The translations under genes and the position numbers were made by a program. From Coleofasciculus chthonoplastes F2-STO-03 (GTDB lineage Bacteria > Cyanobacteriota > Cyanobacteriia > Cyanobacteriales > Coleofasciculaceae), in contig JAVJWO010000055.1 in the NCBI GenBank assembly GCA_040222015.1, positions 1 through 43,756 of the forward strand: 43,756 nucleotides of DNA. The letters run 5' to 3'. The stretch's first letter is position 1. Every line of letters starts with the position of its first letter. This document shows, piece after piece, positions 39,167 to 43,756 of this stretch. The notes beneath the pieces are model-generated. The model did no database searches. It saw only the letters and a program-made list of their open reading frames with translations, and had not been told where the DNA came from.

Positions 39167-39272
39167 TCTTCTACCAGGAAGGGAATAACACCTAACACCT
39201 ATTACACAATTCATCAACGCCGCCACAGATGGGCGATGAGGCGATAGAGGAGGGCGATGAGAAAGGGGGCGC

Positions 39273-39587
39273 TTAATCCCAACAACTCAACCGCACTAAC
39301 TGCGACGCCAACTGATGATCCGCCTCTGGCAATTTCCGCAACTGCTTCCCATACTCCCGCAGCCACGCCTTAAAATAGCGGTCATTCATCCGATGTCCTA
39401 AATGTTGGAATACCTCTTCTGAGTTCCATCCCTGACTTACCCCAGTTAGCAGTTGCCCAAATAGCTGCTGATAGTCTGCATCAGAGAGACGTTGACGTTT
39501 CACCCGCCTGTGTCGTTTCTGTTTCAGGAAGGGGGGTAATATCGGCTGAATTAGCCGGATTAGCCAGCGCCAAAACTGCTTCACCAT
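39273..39587 (-). CDS. Hypothetical protein, possibly a truncated N-terminus of a longer gene
   Basis: MVKQFWRWLIRL...LSDADYQQLFGQLLTGVSQGW. Confidence 0.6.
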   Translation of the reverse strand: MVKQFWRWLIRLIQPILPPFLKQKRHRRVKRQRLSDADYQQLFGQLLTGVSQGWNSEEVFQHLGHRMNDRYFKAWLREYGKQLRKLPEADHQLASQLVRLSCWD

Positions 39588-39696
39588 TGGCTTGTCGAAA
39601 AGGGGATATTATTTTAGCTTATCTCGTTCGTTTATCGGGGTTGGGTCGGATGCGATCGCGGGTTTTGAGCGGGTTTTGAATTCATGCGCCGTTCGA

Positions 39697-39763
39697 GTAA
39701 AGGGCGACCCGATACAATTGAGTGGATGGGTGGTGTTCATTGATGCAGGCGGGTCGCCCCTAC
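39697..39763 (-). repeat. GTAG-type REP-like long palindrome
   Basis: gggcgacccg...cgggtcgcccctac. Confidence 0.7.
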
Positions 39764-40085
39764 AGCATCGTCGGCTTGTGTTTGTTCAAATTCATCGCTA
39801 TGAATCCTGTTTAAATATCTGCCGAATTTAGGCTGAAAGTTCCTCCAAATAAAAAAATATATTCCGCTAATTCATATTCTCCTAAATTAGGATTTAGAAA
39901 CCTGCGAAGGCAGGTTTTGTTTGTTTAGATGCGGTTTTAACCGCCCTATCCTTAGAATGGCTTTGCAAGGTTCTGCCGTGTTAAACCATTTGGGCATGGG
40001 CAGATAGCCAGTGAGCCATTTTTTTATCCTATAGGAATCCCCAGGCAGGAATCTATGGTATTACTGATGGGGGATCTTCAGCGTC

Positions 40086-40268
40086 CTATCCTAATTTAAT
40101 GAAGACTGCCTGTAGCAGCTTCACCAGTTCAAAGGTGACAAAAATAGCGAGGATGGCTGTAACCAAGCTATTCAAGAAGCGATTATTGCCATAGCCAAAG
40201 ACAGAGGCGGTAAATTTGATCAACACAAAGGTGAGACAGGTAATGACGGCAAGTTGCAAAAAAGTCAT
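40086..40268 (-). CDS. Small membrane protein
   Basis: 60 aa, two hydrophobic helices. Confidence 0.6.
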   Translation of the reverse strand: MTFLQLAVITCLTFVLIKFTASVFGYGNNRFLNSLVTAILAIFVTFELVKLLQAVFIKLG

Positions 40269-40452
40269 AGGTTCTTGTTTAACTAAGTATTTTTGCTGAT
40301 TAGACTATATCACCTATCCATCGACTAAGGGTGATTGGGCGTGTTGGACAACTTATTTCAGCAATCCCGATAATAACGTTGTCTCAATCTCTTGTCTTAC
40401 AGTAGCTGTGAGCTGACAATTACTCTTGATAACGAGTGTATTAATATCCTTG

Positions 40453-40695
40453 TCATTCTGAATTCAAACGTTTGTTAATCTGGTTCATCAGCCCAGTTAG
40501 CAGCGCACCTGCCATTAAAAGACCGATCGCAGGAGTAAAGACAGGGTTCCACAAGCTATACCACAGGTCTAATCCCAGGGAAACACCAATCGATCGCCCG
40601 ATGAGTGCGATCGCGAACCAGAAGAAGCTGAATAAAACCAGGAAGAAATCAGCGACTAATAACTGATTGACCCAATAAATAAGTTTGTCTTTCAT
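40453..40695 (-). CDS. Small conserved membrane protein
   Basis: LVADFFLVL...LWYSLWNPVFTPAIGLLMAGAL; divergent from lipB. Confidence 0.8.
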   Translation of the reverse strand: MKDKLIYWVNQLLVADFFLVLFSFFWFAIALIGRSIGVSLGLDLWYSLWNPVFTPAIGLLMAGALLTGLMNQINKRLNSE

Positions 40696-40729
40696 AATAG
40701 GTAAGTTATCTTCAGAGAATAGGACGTGA

Positions 40730-41416
40730 ATGGCGCAACGTCAATGCTTACTATACAATCAAGGACTTATACCGTATACCGTCGCCTGGGAACAACAGCG
40801 ATCGCTCCTGTCACAACGGATTAACGATCCCACCCTGGATGATGTTCTCTTATTAATGGAACATCCACCCGTCTATACTTTAGGTCAAGGTGCAAGTTTA
40901 GACTTCCTCAAGTTCAACCCCGCAGAAGCTGATTGGGAGGTTCACCGCATCGAACGGGGAGGTGAAGTCACTTACCATTGTCCCGGTCAACTCGTCGGCT
41001 ATCCCATTCTCAATTTACGCTATTATCAGCAAGATTTACACTGGTATCTGCGACAGTTAGAAGCCGTCTTAATTGAGGTGTTGGCGGTTTATGGACTTAA
41101 AGGCGATCGCGAAACGGGGATGACTGGTGTTTGGCTTGAGGGACGCAAGGTTGCCGCCATTGGGATTAAAGTCAGTCGTTGGATTACCATGCACGGCTTT
41201 GCCCTAAATGTTTGCCCCGACTTAAGTGGGTTTGGGCGCATCGTCCCCTGTGGAATTGCCGATAAACCTGTAGGGAGTCTTGCCCAATTTATTCCTAATA
41301 TTACCGTAGACCAAGTCCGCCCCGTGGTAATCGCTAAATTTGCCGAGGTATTTAATGTCAGTTATAGCTACTCAGAGCGATGTTTAGGTGAGTTTTTCGG
41401 AACAGCGAGTCGCTAA
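40730..41416 (+). CDS. lipB: Lipoyl(octanoyl) transferase
   Basis: [39 protein letters not shown]. Confidence 0.97.
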   Translation: MAQRQCLLYNQGLIPYTVAWEQQRSLLSQRINDPTLDDVLLLMEHPPVYTLGQGASLDFLKFNPAEADWEVHRIERGGEVTYHCPGQLVGYPILNLRYYQQDLHWYLRQLEAVLIEVLAVYGLKGDRETGMTGVWLEGRKVAAIGIKVSRWITMHGFALNVCPDLSGFGRIVPCGIADKPVGSLAQFIPNITVDQVRPVVIAKFAEVFNVSYSYSERCLGEFFGTASR

Positions 41417-42388
41417 GAACTTATTCAGATCAGCATAGGTTCCCGCATAAGTGGTGGTTGGCTTCTCATACCCTTTCAGGCTAACAATATGTTGTTTAAA
41501 GCCCAAATTCTTGTATCCTAGCTGTTCCAGATAGCTATAAGTATCTTCTCCCAAAGCAATATCCAGACCAATTTGTTTCGTCGCCGACTCTAGACGAAAT
41601 GCCGCATTCACTGTATCGCCAATTGCTGTATAGTCAGGGCGATCTCCACTGCCCGTATTTCCCACCATCGCATAACCCGTATTCACTCCCGTACCAATGC
41701 GTAGCGGGAAAGGTAGGGGGTATTGACTGGAAAGGGATGCTGTCATCCTGTGCAAATCGCTAACCGCTTGCAACACATTCATGGCTTCGTCTTTACTGAC
41801 CCCTTTATGTCCATGAAACCAAATTGCCATCACTGCATCGCCAATATATTTATCCACCCAACTTCCCGATTTGCGGATAATATTTCCTGATTGGCGAAAC
41901 CAAGTACCAATCACAGCCGAAAGAATCTTTTCATCCAGTTGGCGAGTTAGCACCGTAAAGTCGCGGATATCAACCACCATCACCGACATTAGACGGCGCA
42001 CATGTAACGTAGAGGTTAGGGTTTCACTACTTGGAGGTTGGCTATAATCGCGATCGCGGTTACGGGTATCGGATGGTGAATGAAATTCCAGTTCAGTCTG
42101 ACCAAACATCAGCTGATCGCCGTTTCTTAATGTCACCGGAATACTCACGCGGCGTCCATTCACGAAAGAACCATTGCGACTTCCTAAATCAATCAGATAG
42201 AAATCACCGGTTTCGGTACACTGTAACATCGCGTGATTTCGGGAAATCCAACGATCAGACAGAACAAAATTGTTATCATCTCCGCGACCAACTGTCCAGC
42301 AGTTACTACCCACCAGGGGGAGGTAGCGGTTACCAGTCTCAGTCGGTAGAAGTAAATAGGGAGTGGATCGTAGAGTCACCACAGGCAC
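41384..42388 (-). CDS. FHA-domain class III adenylate cyclase (Cya1/CyaD-like)
   Basis: FHA VGRG...SRNHA...[10 protein letters not shown]; cyclase [31 protein letters not shown]. Confidence 0.93.
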   Translation of the reverse strand: MPVVTLRSTPYLLLPTETGNRYLPLVGSNCWTVGRGDDNNFVLSDRWISRNHAMLQCTETGDFYLIDLGSRNGSFVNGRRVSIPVTLRNGDQLMFGQTELEFHSPSDTRNRDRDYSQPPSSETLTSTLHVRRLMSVMVVDIRDFTVLTRQLDEKILSAVIGTWFRQSGNIIRKSGSWVDKYIGDAVMAIWFHGHKGVSKDEAMNVLQAVSDLHRMTASLSSQYPLPFPLRIGTGVNTGYAMVGNTGSGDRPDYTAIGDTVNAAFRLESATKQIGLDIALGEDTYSYLEQLGYKNLGFKQHIVSLKGYEKPTTTYAGTYADLNKFLATRCSEKLT

Positions 42389-42534
42389 AGAAGCAACGAC
42401 GGGTTAAAAAATAAACAGAGGATTAAGTCTATATCCTAGTAGATGCATTCTGAAGCCAAACGGGTGATTCCGGAAACTTCACTGCCCTTATGGTTTGATG
42501 TCAAAATTTGTTTACTGTAGACATTCATGAGCTT

Positions 42535-43290
42535 TTATTGCAGTGTAGCTGCTAGCCAAAATAGGCTATCTACCAAAATTGTACTCAATACTGCCCCACT
42601 AAATGCCCACCACGGCAATCGCCCTCGGGTCAATGCCCCACATCCTACTAATCCTAGTGTACATCCTAAAACCGCTGCCCAGCTAATTCCCCAAGGGGTT
42701 TGTACTTGTGCGATCGCCTCTTGCAAGATGGGTGTAATCAAGGCGGGATCAACGTCCATAATCTGACGCCAGTAGGGAATCAGATCGGTTATGTAAAAAT
42801 ATACGTCGGTTAGAACTGTCCCGAACAGAGAACCCAGGTAAAACAGATTCCCGACGACTCCTCTTCCCCGCCATAACCCCCACAGGGCAAAGGGTAGACC
42901 AATGGCTTCAATGGGTAAATGTAACAGGGGTTCACTCCGCAGCCAGCCCCAATAAATTGAACCGGCTAGCCAGCACCAACTAAACCCGAGTAACAAATCT
43001 CCCCACACTCGCATTGTTGGATGCTCCAGCAGCTTGCATCCCAGCCCTATCCACCCTAAGGTCAACAGTACACTGAACCAGGGCAGTTGCCGGACTAATG
43101 GTGCTTGCACGAACACAGGTACGGATACCAGAAATGAAGCAGCGGCAAACAGCCACCAGCTTTGACGTCTGGCGTTTGATGTTATGCCTAAACTATTCAA
43201 GGCGCGACCAATTGACATCAACAGCCAAGCCGCTGCTGATGGGTTGGAGTAGTTGGAGGAGGTATCAGAAAACACACTATTGCGAAACAC
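42535..43290 (-). CDS. DUF3120-family membrane protein
   Basis: FLVSVPVFVQAPLVR, WLAGSIYWGWLR, FSGAVLSTILVD. Confidence 0.88.
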   Translation of the reverse strand: MFRNSVFSDTSSNYSNPSAAAWLLMSIGRALNSLGITSNARRQSWWLFAAASFLVSVPVFVQAPLVRQLPWFSVLLTLGWIGLGCKLLEHPTMRVWGDLLLGFSWCWLAGSIYWGWLRSEPLLHLPIEAIGLPFALWGLWRGRGVVGNLFYLGSLFGTVLTDVYFYITDLIPYWRQIMDVDPALITPILQEAIAQVQTPWGISWAAVLGCTLGLVGCGALTRGRLPWWAFSGAVLSTILVDSLFWLAATLQ

Positions 43291-43306
43291 GATTTCTTTA
43301 ATTTTC

Positions 43307-43324
43307 TTTACTTATGTTTACATA
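43307..43324. promoter_or_regulatory. Possible HLR1 (RpaB) site
   Basis: TTTACTTA-tg-TTTACATA, one mismatch to (G/T)TTACA(T/A)(T/A)-N2 direct repeat. Confidence 0.4.
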
Positions 43325-43494
43325 TCTCAATATATCATGAGCTATATCCCCCCTAGGGGGATATGAAATATTATAGTGTATGGACTAGCACCTAAGAAAG
43401 TTTGCGATCGCGATCAAGCTATGCCAGAATTCCGATTAATGCTAGTGGCTGGTGATTAGTGATTGGGGATTGGGAATTTTACAGTATAAGCGAT

Positions 43495-43613
43495 GGTGCA
43501 GGTTCCCCCGCACTTCAGTCGGGGGATGAAACCGAGCAAGTCGTAAAGACAGCGGGATTTATCCCGCAATAATTCCCTCAAGTGATATAATATAAAAATC
43601 AACTAAGGAGGGA
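43495..43613 (+). mobile_element. Left end of a tnpB-only IS200/IS605 (IS1341-like) element
   Basis: Hairpins tcccccg-cacttcagt-cggggga (43504-43526) and gcgggat-tt-atcccgc (43552-43567); no room for tnpA before tnpB. Confidence 0.65.
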
Positions 43614-43756
43614 ATGTTCTTGTACGGTTGTCAGCAATTACTATTAAATCCAGATCAAGAGCTAGCCGCCGTTCTAGAGTTTATTTGCACCGAAGCGAAT
43701 AACTTAATGAACTGCGGTATTTATTATGCTCGTCAAGTCTGGTTTAAGTGTCGGCG
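43614..43756 (+). CDS. tnpB: TnpB N-terminal part; runs off the window edge
   Basis: MFLYGCQQLLLNPDQELAAVLEFICTEANNLMNCGIYYARQVWFK after SD AAGGAGG; not in ORF track. Confidence 0.8.
   Translation, partial: MFLYGCQQLLLNPDQELAAVLEFICTEANNLMNCGIYYARQVWFKCR

Noticed and set aside
19625..42388. Functional clustering of lipA with lipB, or crp with the adenylate cyclase
   Set aside because: Separated by 20-32 kb of unrelated genes

Overview
Chromosomal window from a filamentous cyanobacterium, judged by abundant HIP1 GCGATCGC octamers, heptamer STRR tracts and GTAG-type REP-like palindromes (style resembles Coleofasciculus/Oscillatoriales; taxon is inference). Most of it is housekeeping: CSP41-like epimerase, pgsA, sugar transferase, crp, cysK, cobT, crtQ, lipA, ABC-F, gpmI, secG, lipB and an FHA-adenylate cyclase. 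The accessory content is more interesting. (1) Four RNA-guided (OMEGA-type) mobile element pieces, mostly absent from the ORF track: tnpB starts at both window edges, a doubly deleted IS607 remnant just upstream of crp, and an in-frame-deleted mini-IsrB with partial omegaRNA just downstream of crp. (2) A ~5 kb HIP1-free island (28.7-33.8 kb) with a mosaic tandem array of three XRE-HTH modules carrying different recognition helices and paired palindromic operators. It continues with an Rpn nuclease, an orphan antitoxin and an AAA-ATPase/putative nuclease pair, the last cassettes being separated by a shared, unnamed 24-45 bp leader repeat. (3) A 1475-aa RTX metalloprotease with seven CARDB-like repeats. 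No rRNA, tRNA or CRISPR array was recognised. All family assignments come from motif recognition, not database searches.
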